DNA from: Curvularia clavata
Lineage: Eukaryota
DNA: 64,000 bases
NCBI GenBank assembly: GCA_023920165.1
Contig: CP089275.1
Coordinates: 1,798,001-1,862,000, forward strand
Direction: 5' to 3'
The notes beneath the pieces are model-generated. The model saw nothing but the letters and a program-made list of their open reading frames with translations. It did no database searches and was not told the DNA's origin. A program made the translations under genes and the position numbers. Of the stretch, positions 13,612 to 26,292 are shown one piece after another. How positions within the stretch are numbered: the stretch's first letter is position 1; every line of letters begins with the position of its first letter.

Positions 13612-15614
13612 TTACCAAGTTTCCTGCGTAAAATTAGCGTTTGTTGTACTGGAGATTGCGAGGGTAAACTTACTGCAATGTACTGGCCGTCCTCCTTCTT
13701 CTTGGCCCAGAACTCTTTGGCCTGTGCTTCACTCAAGCCGCCCTTTTGCATAGCCACGTCAATCAACGAGGCTTCGACGCCTTCGCCCATGCCCTTGCTT
13801 GAACCACAGACGAAGATGCGTCCATCAAGAGCATTGATGACAAACCATACTATGTCTGCCTGTACTCTGACCTCGTCTTGAACGTATTTGACTTCGTTGG
13901 AGCCGCTAGATTTGACCTTCCTGCTCTGTACAACCTTCTTGATCTCGCGTTCGTGGTCTCCCAGTTCACCAGAGTACAACTCGTCAAGCATCGAGTCTCG
14001 GACACCCTGGATCAGCCAGATCTTGTTGGCGCAGTTGGCGTTCTTGAGTCTGTTCAAGATGAAGCCTCGGAAAGGAGCCATTCCGACACCAGCACCGATG
14101 AGGACCATGGGTCCTTCTCCGCCAAATTGCTTCGAAAGAGGGTTCGCCATGAGGCCACGGAACATGGGGATGCGGAGATCAAGGATGCTGCGAGGATCCA
14201 CTCCCTCGTTCTCAGTGGTAATGAAGGTATGGGCCATGCGCTCCATGAAGCCACTGCCAACACCAGTGCGTATAGCGCCATCAGCATGCCAATCGGGTGT
14301 TTCGTGGACAGTGACGGCCATTTCAATGAGTCGGCGGGTGCCTGGCAGGCCGGGACGAGCGGACGAGATGTGGGGATCGTTTGAGAGGGAGTAGAATCGT
14401 GGCATCAATTGGGTGAGAACCGAAAGGAGGTGTGGTAGCGGCGGCTTCGACGAAGGGAATGCACTGAGAAGCTGTGCCACGGTGAAGTGAGAGCTAGTGC
14501 GCAGATCGCAGAAAGCAGCCTGGCCTTGGGCCGAGCAAAGGTACGTCAATATCTTTTTCTCATTTGGAGCCTCGGCGTACTCGGCCATGACACGAAGGAG
14601 ATTCTTCGTTGGCGGGTTGGACTGGATGTCTGTACACCAGGTCAAGAGTTCGCGGCGGGTTGTGAGCAGCTCGCGGGGCTGGTCCTCTCCCCAGATGGTG
14701 GGCCATCTTCCTGAGAAAGTCTTGAGTGTGACTGGCTTGTCGCGAACGAACTTGGGGATGCAGAGAACGTCGAACACCTCGTCGACCATTTCCTGCGAAT
14801 TGGGCGGGCAGATACCAATGGCACCACCGACCTTGAAGTCGACACCTCCCTCATCGGGATAGTCGGTTACATCGATATCGAAGTGAATGGTCCGCTTCTC
14901 GGCGCCCGGCTTGGTGAGTTCGCGAGCATGGTACAGAGGGGCCGAGTAGACTTCGTATGGGGGGTGGGGCTGGACGTATTTGGGGGGCATCTTGTGCACC
15001 TCGGAAACGTACTTGGTCTCCTTAGAGGGCAGAGGTTCGAACGACATGTTGACAGGGGGAAGAGGCGTCGTGTCTGTGAGTTCGCTGTCGAGGGCGAGGG
15101 GACCCAATTTCAAGTTGAGGGTGCGGAAAGCACGATTGTCGGGAATGACGACGGGGACGAAGTTGGGCGACGAGGAATCAGGAGCCAGTGTCTTGAGCAG
15201 ACAGCACCCGCCGCCGCAGCATTGGCTGATGAGCTTGGTGGCTGTCTCGCCCTCGCCCAGTATGCGTGTGATATCACTTGGGCTATCTGAAATTAGTGTC
15301 GTGGAGGCTCGCCGAGGCCGGGGCTCCGCCAGATTGACGGCGGCGGCAGGTAGCTCTTGCAGCTTGTCGACGACCTCGTCGACAGCCTGGTCGGGCTCGG
15401 TCATTGGTGTCATGGGAGCCTCAGAGTCATCGCTGCTGTTTGTCCATGCTGTGGCTTCGCCGGAGGATTTGGGCGACGTGGGCTCGGGGTGTGACTGTGA
15501 CGTCCGCAGCGTCAATTGGGGAATGCCCTTGGGCTCGGATGGAATGGGGTCTTCGGGGTGCGAGGTCACTGTGTGTGGTATGGGGGTAGCCATTGTGGGA
15601 GTCGAGGATGCCAT
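13612..15614 (-). CDS. FAD/NADPH-binding reductase (cytochrome P450 reductase / sulfite reductase flavoprotein / MTRR-like FNR module) lacking a flavodoxin domain
   Basis: PRFYSLSN (FAD-binding RxYS), GVGSGFM, MVLIGAGVGMAPFRGF, YVQD and IFVCGSSKGM motifs. Intron 13673-13624 gives the family-typical C-terminus YIAETW*. The N-terminus is low complexity and contains CCGGGCC. Confidence 0.85.
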
Positions 15615-18031
15615 GTGTCGGCGTGGAGGAGAAGAGGGATAATAAGGTAGCGGCGGTGGGCGCAGGCCTATCAAAGGCTTGAGGAAGAGAAGTGCTAGCG
15701 CGAACCATGGTTAGCAACGTCTTACTCAGGCTTCCCATGCAATATCCAATCCGACGGGCAGATGAGTCTGTCAGGGCGCGCAGTCTCCGGTGGCTTGCTA
15801 AGCTGCGGGACAGGGCAATGTGGGGGAGCAGAGGGTTATCTGATCTGATGCTTTTTCTATGCACGGCGGAATTTGTGCTTATCAGATGGCAGCATCACAC
15901 TGACAAACACTCACCTTGGCTGGCTGCTGACAAACGAGCGCGGGCAAGTGGCAGCCGGTTGCTGGATCTCGCAAGAGTCGAGGACAAGTGCGCCGGAGAT
16001 TGTGCAAAGAAACGTTTCGCAGTGGCAGAGGGCATGCGCATGAGGAAGAAGAATGGTGGTGACGCGCCCTTGTGCTCTGCCGCGCCCGGCCGCTTTTCCT
16101 TTGCCTAGAGCACTGCCGATCCACGACGCCTTCAAGGGCTGAGATTGCCATTCACGTCTGCGCCCAATGACGCTACCACGGCTGCGTCTGCTCTGCCCAC
16201 TCGATCCGATCGCCGAAGCCGGGCTTCTCCCCCTTCCGCCTTTGCCCTGCTTTTCCCGACGATACCGTCCAGACGCTCATCTCCTCGGCCAACCTGGTAT
16301 CTACCAGGCCGCTATGTGCACTCACAGCCTGCATCTCCTGATCATGGTCCAACTGCTTTTCATGGCGCCACCAGCTACCAACAAGCTTACCCCTTATTAC
16401 TGTTTGACAGCTGAAGTTCTCCATGGAGAGACTTTCTCGGTGCATAATCGTGCAATCTTCAAGGCCCAAATGCCACTGTCAGCTGCCGGCGCCCGAGGTC
16501 TCGGCCTCTACTTCATCTGATAACCTCTGCTTCGGATACGGGCCCCACCGCTGTCTCGAGAGCCCCGTCACCGTGTCTGGACATTGAAACCTTCTCCTCA
16601 ATTCACACTGCGCACGCATCCCGTTGTGGAAAGATTCTACTTCATGATCTTCGTCGTTGGAGCATCATTACGTCGTAGGCACGCCACCCGCATCCGCGCA
16701 AGACTTTGCCTCATCAAGCCATGACCACCCTTCACGAGCTCACTCTTCTCCGTACAGTGATACCCGCGTCGCGATAATTCGGTTGCGCTGCCGTTGTGTC
16801 GGCGAGCAATCCAAGCGTCTGCAGATAGGGCTATCCTTTGTGTTCCGCCAAACCGGAAAAACGTTGACAACGGTCCCGTTAGTGGCCCACGCCAAACTTT
16901 CTCGATTCGCCACCGGTATGTGGAGGCCTTGCACAACAACTTGTAAAGCTGGTCCTCCTCCATGACGCTATTTGATCTTCCCTCCACCTAGCTATGCTGA
17001 TCGACGTGTATTTTAGCAGTTGCTCATCTTTGCTCCGTGACTGGTGAACTGCATGTCGTGCATACCGACAGCCAACCCTCCAGAGGTGTCTGCACCTACT
17101 TTGGCTAGTATGATTGATCTTAGTCCCATATAGCAGTGTTGTGTACCATATCAGATCTAACCTGTGACTACATATTTCAAGGAACTTCGAAGTTTCTATC
17201 TAGTTGAGTGATCGGTACGGCTAGCAAAGCTGAGGCTTCGTCCTTTTCTCATAATTAGTAGTCCTAGGTGTTGTAAGAAAAAAAGGATGGACATTGCAAG
17301 TAGACTAACGAACCAAAACAGCCCATAGAGTGTACTTTACATTGTCTCGTAAACTGCTTGTATTGGGTCAAGCTAGGCTGTTTTTAGGGAGTTTATTTCT
17401 GGGAACATATAGAAAATAGATTTAGTTTCGAAGCTGTGCCTCACTATATTGTCATAGTGTAAGTTTTCTTCACTTCCTCGTAAATCCCAAAAGCTCTTTG
17501 TACAGGGGCCGGGTCGACAAGACCTACCTGCTAGAAGACCGCGCGAACCCGTCGAATATGTCGATGGGTCCTTGAAGTATGAAGATGGATGGAAACCAGG
17601 CATGGCAAAGAGAGCCTTCAATCCCGTGTCGATCTTTCGGCTACCATACCAAGTTTGCCGGTTTTACAAACTCACCGCCAGGACGTGAAGGCAAAATTCA
17701 AACGCTTGGTTCTCCTATAAACTGGGTGCAGCTTTACGCTACATATTACTATCCACCCAAGGGCTCCCATGTAAGACAGAACGCGATTCGACCAGCTTGG
17801 GAACCTCTTCCCTGTATAATAGTAGAAATTGCAGATCCCTACTCCCTACATGATAGTTAAAATTGCAGAGCCTCAATTACTTCTTCAATTTCATGCGAGT
17901 AGTACTATAGATGCTCGTTCACGTAGTTAATGTTAAAAAGATATACCCTTCTCCATCATGAGAACCGCTAATATAAGAACATTCCGCCTGCTCGCCAATC
18001 CAATTATTTCAATCTAGACGCACGCATACAC

Positions 18032-18793
18032 CTAATACTTCCCACTCTCCTTCACCAAACCCTTCTTCTCATTTTCCGCCTTGCCCCTCAACGCCCACTC
18101 GGGCGCCTCATCCACGCCATCCTCTTCAGCCTTGTCCCCCTCCTCTTTGGTCTTGTGCACGCTACTCGGCAAGTGCTCAGCAGGCGAATACACGGTAATC
18201 AGCTCCAGGGGCTGGTCCCCCTTGGTCACAAACTGATGTTGCGTCCCCGCAGGCACAACAACTACGTCTCCCGCTTGGACCTCCTGGTCCTTACCTGCGA
18301 CAGTAGCAAGACCCCGACCAGAAGTGAAGAGCAGGACTTGGTCAACTAGATGTACTTCGTCGCCGATCTCACCGTTCACAGGTACTTCCATGGCGACGAT
18401 TTGGCCTAGAGGTGGTTGGTTAGCAAGATATCCTTGTAGGACTGCGGTTGCGACGTCATAGCAAATCTCTACAAAAACATAGAGGGGAACAAAGAGAGAA
18501 AGGTTTCACTCACTATACAAGCCCGTATGCAATACCGTTCTGAAATCCCCGAAACTCCGCTTTTCGCTCATCAGACCGGGGAAATGCACCATCTCGTGCT
18601 TTGGTGGCGCATTCTCCCTGTTTCCGACTTTTTTGTACGCCTCCATCTTCTCTTTCAAAGCGGAATTGACGACACAGCTACTTTGAAAACTGCGAATTGC
18701 AGGAATTGATCGTGGAGTTACAGGTTGAGCAGTTGGTGATAACCGTATAGCGGGACGAGGGAGGAAGCGGGCCCAGCACGAAGTCTTAAGCAT
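18032..18793 (-). CDS. Cupin-2 (RmlC-like) domain protein with probable mitochondrial presequence (2 exons)
   Basis: Exons 18793-18514 and 18405-18032 (GTGAGT…TAG). FRTVLHTGLYSQIVAMEVP…GEIGDEVHLVDQVL…GDVVVVPAGTQHQF are cupin motifs 1 and 2. The N-terminus is Arg/Ser-rich and lacks acidic residues. Confidence 0.85.
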
Positions 18794-19634
18794 TGAGAAG
18801 GGTAAGAGTGGTGACAAGTCTAGAATCCCGGGAATTACGTGGCTGACAAAGGGATTTTTATATGTGATTACTACGTACATATACCTAGGTCGTTCGTTAT
18901 GGGCGGATGCAAGCACCTTCACAAGCAGCGGCATACATGACGTCACCATTGTGAGGGGCTCACCCGCAATATGTACTTCTTTTTGAACTCTATTAGACGA
19001 GTCGTGCGTTAGGCCATGCGGAGCGCTGCCGTCTGAGTGGTGGTGGGCGGGCCGGATTAGGTCATGGTAATGCAGGCTAAGCGTGGGTAAGCACACCCGA
19101 TGGGCTCCGCTTGGTACTGGATAGTGAAGCAGCAGACTATTGTGTAGTAATCAATGCCTAGATTGATCAATGTACATGCGGCCTAGCATGAGTTTCTAGA
19201 ATGGACAGCACTGCTACGGATTTTCTAGACCAAACGACTCACGAAGTGATGTCTGTTTTGGGAGAGGAGAATGTTGAATTACGAGGTGATACTCGCGTGT
19301 GAAAGATCTATCGGGGCGGTCATATCTCAACAGTGTAATACCCCCCAAAGCGGCTGGCTGATAGCACACAAGGTTATGCGACAGGCCATTACCACTTCCT
19401 CTCCAGGTCTCTCTTTGTAATGTACATTCCTACACGCCAGTCTCACAAATGCAAGACTACACCAAGTCTAATACTGGCATTCCAGCCTAGTAAAGGTGGC
19501 AGACTCGGCTGCCGTTTAGAACCCCTAGAGTTAAACATATACGAAACCCTTTCTTTGCGTCATGAGTACACCGAAGAAGCCTCCTTCTATCAATGTCATT
19601 GTCCCAATAGAATCTGGGAAACATGATAGTCCAT

Positions 19635-22024
19635 TTACACAATCTTGCGGGCCACCTCCTCTTCCTTCTCCTCTTCAAGCTCTCGCTCAATCTCTTCTTC
19701 TTCGGTTGGCTTTGAGCTCCTGACATCCCGCGTTGGAACATCACCGCCGCTCATCTGCCATTCCATTAGCTTGTTGAATGCGCCCTCCGGGTTGGAGCTA
19801 AGCTCCTCGTAAGTGCCTTCTTCGGCCACCTTGCCATCTGAGTCGATGCATATGATACGGTCCGAACGTTTGATAGTAGAAAGGCGATGAGCGATGCTGA
19901 TGGTTGTGTTTCTCTCTTGTAGAAGTTTGGCGAGCGCCTGGTTGACAAGCGTCTCGGATTCAGCATCCAGGGCACTTGTTGCTTCGTCAAGAATTAAAAT
20001 ATCAGGCTTCTTAATCAAAGCCCGAGCAATAGCGATACGTTGTTTCTGGCCTCCCGAGAGTTGTGTGCCTCGTGCACCAACATGTGTTTCAAGACCATCG
20101 GGCTACATTAATCAGTGGAATGTCTAGGAGGACAAGGTGTTGTACTTACGAAATCACTAATGAACTGGCAGTTGGCCTTTCGCGCCGCAGCAATGATCTC
20201 AGCGCGAGTAGCGTTTGGTACACCGTAGGCAATGTTCTCTGCAATGGTTCCAGAGAAGAGTACAGGCTCTTGACCTACATAGCCAATCTTCCTCCTCAGC
20301 TGTTTCGCGTTCAACGTAGTGATGTCCCTTCCGTCAATGGTTATGACACCTGAGGTTGGAACGTAGAAGCGCAAAAGCAGGCTAGCAACGGTCGACTTTC
20401 CGGCACCACTGGGCGCGACGATAGCCACGTTGGTACCCTGCTCGATCTTGAAGTTTAGGTCCTTGAAGATAGAGACTGCTGGCCGGGTGGGGTAGCTGAA
20501 TGAAACGTTCTTGAACTCGATTGGACCGCGCGCTGACTTGACCGGTAGACCCTTAGTTGGCGAGATAGTAGGGTTGCGATCTTGAAGCTCGAAGAGCCGA
20601 CTAGCGGCACCGACGCCCTTCATCATTTCGCCGTAAAACCCAGACAAGCCGACCATACTGGAACCGGCATACACAGTGTACATCAAGAATGACGAGAGCT
20701 CACCAATGGAGATGACGCCATTCTTGACCATGTTGCTGCCAACATAGAGGATAGAGATGATTGTCAAGTTACCCATGAGGCCCGTACTTCCATAAAAGGT
20801 GGCAGCAACCACGGCTTCCTTCTTTCCCAGAGCGAATATTCGCTTGATCTGACGGTTGTAGCGGGATGCTTCTTGAACCTCACCGGCAAAAGCTTGACTT
20901 GTCCTGACGTTACCTAACCTTTCCTCGGCAATCTTGGTCAGCGTTCCTAGATTCTTTTGGATTTTACGACTGAGATTTCGAAGCGATCTACCAGAGAAGA
21001 ATGCCACGAGAGCGACTGGCGGAGCAATCAAAGCAAGAATACCGGTAAGCTTTAGACTGACGAAACCCATCATGGCAAAGCCAGCTGCGCCACTGACAAG
21101 CGCGCGCAGGCCATCGGATAAGTTTTGGGTGATACTCTTTCCAACAATGATGGTATCAGAGCCCAGGCGAGAAATGAGATCTCCAACCCGGTTCGCGTCA
21201 AAGAATTCGGCATTCTGGATAAATGTCTTGCGGTAGAGCTGTGATCGCAGACGGGCTACGATACGCTCTCCTACAATACGCAGAATGATGATGCGGCCAA
21301 AGTTGAATGCAGCGCCAGTAGTCAACACTCCAGCGAGAGCAAAGTAGAATACCGAGGGTGTCATGCCAAAGAGTAGACCATCCGTATTTTCAGTCGAAGT
21401 CGCAGCGTCGAGGATTTTGCCAATAGAGAACGGGACAGATAATGAGATGCTGGATCCGACGAGCAAGAAGAGAAAAGCAAAAGAGAGTGCGCCGAGTTCG
21501 GGCCGTGCGATACTGATGAGCCTCCAGATCTCCTTCATGCCGCCAGCGTTGCCTCCCGACCCAGAGCCATCCTTGCTGAGCTTTGCACTTAGATTGACCT
21601 GTTTAGCTTGGGCGGCCTTCTCGGACTTTGCAAAGCCCTGTTCAGCCTCTGGTTCGCCGTCATGCTCCTCGAGATCTACAATGCCCTTTTCCTTGATTTC
21701 GTCCTTGTAAGATTTACGTTGCTTGGTGAGCTTCCCGTTGGCTGATGTTTCAGATAAATGCCGGGTCGCATTGAACATTCGAATTGGCTGTTGTAGGCCA
21801 TTGTAACGTATGGTGCCCGCAGTTGTGAATCGTGGGATTGACGACGGGAAGGAACAGGCGGCATTCGATGCTCTCCTCACGATTGAGGCATTGGATATCG
21901 GTTTCGTAGCGATTGGTCTAGATAATACCGGCTTGGTCGAGATGCGCGATTGTATTTGTGAAAAAAGAGCTCCGTTGCCGGGCCCATGCCAGGCCTTCGC
22001 GGAGAAAGCCAGCGGGCCGCGCAT
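19635..22024 (-). CDS. MDL1: Mitochondrial ABCB half-transporter (Mdl1/ABCB10-like), 2 exons
   Basis: Basic presequence, ABC membrane domain ([14 protein letters not shown]), Walker [11 protein letters not shown]-loop [16 protein letters not shown] signature, [10 protein letters not shown] and H-loop IAHRLSTI. Intron 20149-20103. Confidence 0.88.
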
Positions 22025-22694
22025 GGCTCAAATAGGGTAGACGAGGTGACTACCGAGTTTGGATAGCAGATTGAATCGTCAGCAAGGCATTCGTCATGGC
22101 GGTGGATGGGCTGGCGAGAGGGCGACTACGGCGGAGATGATGATGATCAAAAGTTCGGCGTCTTTGATGACGACAGGACGGCTGCGTCGATCTTGCGCCG
22201 ACACGTGCCGCGGCTACTCCCACAGCGACCCTGAGCCAAACCGTCCGAGAAACGTCGACTCAATTTTGTCTCAAACGCGAGGCCTCTATTACAGTATTAT
22301 TGTACGTTCTAAATGTTGCGTGCACCCCGTGTCGTGTCTTTGTGCATCTGCACTACGTCGTGAGCAGGTATGCTGCGACGGGTTCACTACCCCCTCGCGG
22401 ACACCAGTCATCCGCTCTACCTCCACGCCGACGCTCATGTGAACTGCGTAACGACGCCAAAGGCACAAGGCCTTTTGGATATTGTTGTATTGTCTACAAC
22501 CAATTGATACGACACACAGCCACAGCTATGACTGCCTGAAGATGAGAGCGATTGACTCATCTTCACTCATCCAAATTGGGACATTGCTCGCTATGCGATA
22601 TATCTAACCGGCCCCTTTTTCATAATCGAGTATGCTCTGTCGTTCACAGACCCCAAAAGCAATCTTCACGTACATTTATTCCCGCTCCTTCGCC

Positions 22695-23891
22695 ATGGCG
22701 TCAGCCCCTCCCATTCAGCTGAATGGAGCAACTCTTGAAGGTGGAGGCCAGTTGGTTCGCATAGCCCTTGGTCTTTCTGCTCTTACCAATAAACCAATCA
22801 GTATCAGCAAAATTCGCGCAGCGCGTTCAGGCGGTGGTGGCCTGAAGGCTCAGCACTTGACTAGCGTACAATGGCTAGGAGAAGCCTGCAATGCAGAGGT
22901 CACTGGCGCGAGACTGAAGAGCAAGGATATTACATTTGTCCCAAACACCATTGAAAGAGCCAAGAAAATCCTTCAAGATGAGCGGATATGCATCAAGCAG
23001 ACCACCCCCGGGAGTGTCAACCTGATCCTACAGGCCATCCTGCCCTACCTTCTCTTCTCAGGTGCTCCATCGCCGATAACTGTTGAGATCATCGGAGGCA
23101 CTAATGTGTCCAACTCTCCCTCATGCGAATATATTACTCAAGTCTTGATACCCACACTGGAGCTTATTGGCATACCACATATCGAAACTCAACTACACTC
23201 GAGAGGCTGGTCACAGGGCAGTCTCAGTCTCGGAAGCGTCACCTACACCATCACTCCGCTAAGCAGTAAACTACAGTCTTTCCAATTAGTCAACAGGGGA
23301 GACATAGTAGGCCTGAGAGCAACCGTTATCGCCCCTAAAGCCACTGAACGGCAATTCGATAGACAGCTAGACAATGTGTTCAAGCGGTTCTTCGCCAGCA
23401 ACAAAGCCAAGGACAGCCTCGAGACAGAAGTCAACTTCGAAGACTCACAGCATGAAAAGAGGTACTATCTCCTCTTAGTCGCCACCACGTCCACCGGTAT
23501 GAAACTCGGCCATGACTGGTTGTATGATCGTGTTGTACGACCAGGCCAACAGGACCACGTTGTTTCTTCTATTGTCAAGACCGTGTCAGAAAACTTATTT
23601 GCCGAGATCGAACATGGCGGTTGTGTGGATGAGTATCTGCGCGATCAGTTGGTCGTCTACCAAGCCCTTGCTGAAGGAGAGAGCAATGTATACGGAGGAA
23701 CAAGGGGATATGATCCCGTAGGTCCTAGCTTGCATGCGCAGACCGCGCAATGGGTGGCTGAGCAGGTGCTGGATGTAGCGTTTGATGACCAAGGTGGATG
23801 TGAGGGCATCGGGTTTGATCCTAGTAATGAAGTGAAGGGAGAAGAAGATTTGGTACAGGAGTTGGAGAGACTGAACGTCGCCAACGCATAG
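22695..23891 (+). CDS. RNA 3'-terminal phosphate cyclase (RtcA-like, EPT/RTPC fold), intronless
   Basis: LNGATLEGGGQLVR, GLKAQHL, GSVNLILQAILP, GGTNVSNSP, VDEYLRDQL and SLHAQT (candidate catalytic His). Confidence 0.85.
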   Translation: MASAPPIQLNGATLEGGGQLVRIALGLSALTNKPISISKIRAARSGGGGLKAQHLTSVQWLGEACNAEVTGARLKSKDITFVPNTIERAKKILQDERICIKQTTPGSVNLILQAILPYLLFSGAPSPITVEIIGGTNVSNSPSCEYITQVLIPTLELIGIPHIETQLHSRGWSQGSLSLGSVTYTITPLSSKLQSFQLVNRGDIVGLRATVIAPKATERQFDRQLDNVFKRFFASNKAKDSLETEVNFEDSQHEKRYYLLLVATTSTGMKLGHDWLYDRVVRPGQQDHVVSSIVKTVSENLFAEIEHGGCVDEYLRDQLVVYQALAEGESNVYGGTRGYDPVGPSLHAQTAQWVAEQVLDVAFDDQGGCEGIGFDPSNEVKGEEDLVQELERLNVANA

Positions 23892-24031
23892 CAAGCTTTT
23901 ATGGATGATGGGTATATATTTCGTTTTTTCGTAGACATTCCGTCACTTGCATTTTAAGCTTCTAGGTTCTATCATGTGTTGAGATTCACATGTTCATCTA
24001 AAGTCTATCGATCATCTTATCTCACCACCGT

Positions 24032-25635
24032 CTAGATCGCATACCTAAAATGCTTCGCCTGCATGTCTGTCAAATCACTAAATCCATCCCTAACCGCCTG
24101 CTCATCCTCACCCGCACCCCACAAGCGATCCCTCCTCTTGTTCTGCCAGCTCATCCACGCCGCCAACACGCCTGCCACAACCACCATGGCACAATAACAC
24201 ACAATCAAGCCCGTCAGTGCCGAAAAGTATCTCGGTGCCTCTCTGGCAACGAAGATGTTCGCACCCACGATGTTCCCTGCGGCATAGAAAACAAACCACA
24301 TGCCATTGGCAGTGCTACGCTTCGTATGGCCCGCGATATTTGTCGTGAGCAGATTCCAAGAGAGGATGACCGGCGCACCGATAATGTACTGCAGCCATGT
24401 GCAGCCCACGAGACTCCATCGATGCGACAAGGGCGTAAGGCGGATACCGAGGAGACCTGCCAGCGGCGGCAAACAGATAATCGCGAGAATAAGACAGCGC
24501 GTATTTCTGAAGTAACCCGCCGCAAGACCGCAGAGAGGCACAACGACGAACTCAATCGCACCCGTGGGCAGCTGTAGAAGAGTAGCGTATATACCACTGA
24601 ACCCAAAGCCACGCAGCAGCGAGGAAGAAAAGTTCGACACACCCCCATTAATAACGCCACACGCCAGTCCAATAAGCGCAATACAAAAGACCTTGAAGTC
24701 CAAAAGCGCCTCAATAGCCTGGTGTTTCTGAAACTGCTTCGTCTTGACGCCAATCATATTGCTCGCGATGCGATCAATCGCCACAATGCGCTGCTTATGG
24801 GATAAGAACTTCGCCGATGAAGGACTATCCGGCATGACCCAGAGAAAGACCCACGCCCAGACAAAATTCAGCAGTCCAATCACGAGGAAAATAAGCTGCC
24901 ACGTCTTGATATGCGAAGAGTGGGCGTGGCCCAATCCGTAGCCCAGCAGCGCCCCGATCATAGTCGCCGCGCCGTTGAAAGCAAGGAACACACACATGCG
25001 AAGCGGTTGCTCTTCGCGCGTGTAGAACATGCTTACGATGTTCATGATTGCCGGGGATATCGAGGCTTCGAACATACCGAGAAGAAATCGTAGTGCAAGC
25101 ATGCCAGCGTAGTTTTTGGCTGCGACGTGGCAGCAGAGTAGGATAGACCACAGGAGTATCATGGAACCTGTGTATTTCGACACAGGAAGCCGCTGAATCA
25201 GGTAGTTTGCAGGCAGTGCCCAGAAGAGATAGCCAAAGTTGAAGATTGCAGCGACCCAGCTGTAGCGGTTTCCGTGCAGACCCAGGTCCGGGGTGAGTGT
25301 GTAGGCGTTTGCGTAGTTGAGACTGAGCTTGTCCAGGAATTGTATCATGTAGGTTATACAGATCTGTTGTACTCAGCTACGGTCGCCCTTCTCTCACCAC
25401 TGGTATTTGGTGAAGTTAGAGCAGAGGAAAAACATACCATGGGCATAATCACCCAATCAATCTTCCTCAGCACAACTTTCCGCTCCGCCTCCAGCTCTTC
25501 CCGCGAGTACTGCTGCACCTCGAGATACAATTCGGCTCCGATATCGCGCATCTGCTTCTCAGCTTGTATCTGGCCTTCGTCCATACTAGGCTCTCGCGCC
25601 GCGGGCGAAATGTCATGTTCTTTATCTTGCCCCAT
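24032..25635 (-). CDS. MFS transporter, allantoate permease (Dal5/ACS) family, 2 exons
   Basis: Exons 25635-25438 and 25363-24032. LRKIDWVIMPMICITYMIQFLDK, FYTREEQPLR, MPDSPSSAKFL, NIAGHTKR and C-terminal FSDLTDMQAKHFRY. Confidence 0.92.
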
Positions 25636-26292
25636 CTTTGCGCATTCCACCGAATAAACTTGTAGTGAAGCTGGGGTTTAGAGAGGGTTAGATGGCAACC
25701 TGGCGAAAGACGTCCAAGGGAAGGAGGGGTCGTATAAAGTAAGGGCCCTTGACCCGGTGTGATAGCCGATAGTGACGTCTCAATGGCTTGGTATACAAAT
25801 GGGCAAGGGACCTTGATTCAACTTTATGCCGCCGATCGGCTATTCGTCTACCTTTGCCGACTATCAATGGACCTGGGTTATCATTCGTATCTCTACTAAG
25901 CTGCTCTTATCTCCGTGTTGAGGTTGCACGTCGCTAGGCAGGTGGTAGCATCATGCGGGCTGATGCAGCCGCCATTGGTCCTGTCGATCCTTCGGCATGT
26001 TGAATCAGGCAATCCCCGGTTAGAGTTGCCGTGCTCGGTGTAGCTTCTGGTATTTGGGATGTGGGTTAGTGGCTTGCTTTATATGTGGAGAACATCATTC
26101 TTATGACTGTTATCAAGTGTGATATCGGCTTTCGATACAAAGAGATCAATTGTGTGGCAGCTGGCTTGCCGACCGATACTGCTTGTATCGCATTTGCTAT
26201 TATTCACGTGTTGGGGGTCTGAGTCCTGTGCCGTTGCAGTTCAAAATGACGTGTACGACGACAGAGAGCAGCACAGGCCGCAAAAAGAACAA

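Noticed and set aside
20390..20420. MDL1 Walker A reads APSGAGKST rather than GxxGxGKST
   Set aside because: All other ABC motifs are intact, and one conservative change at the first position is not evidence of altered function.
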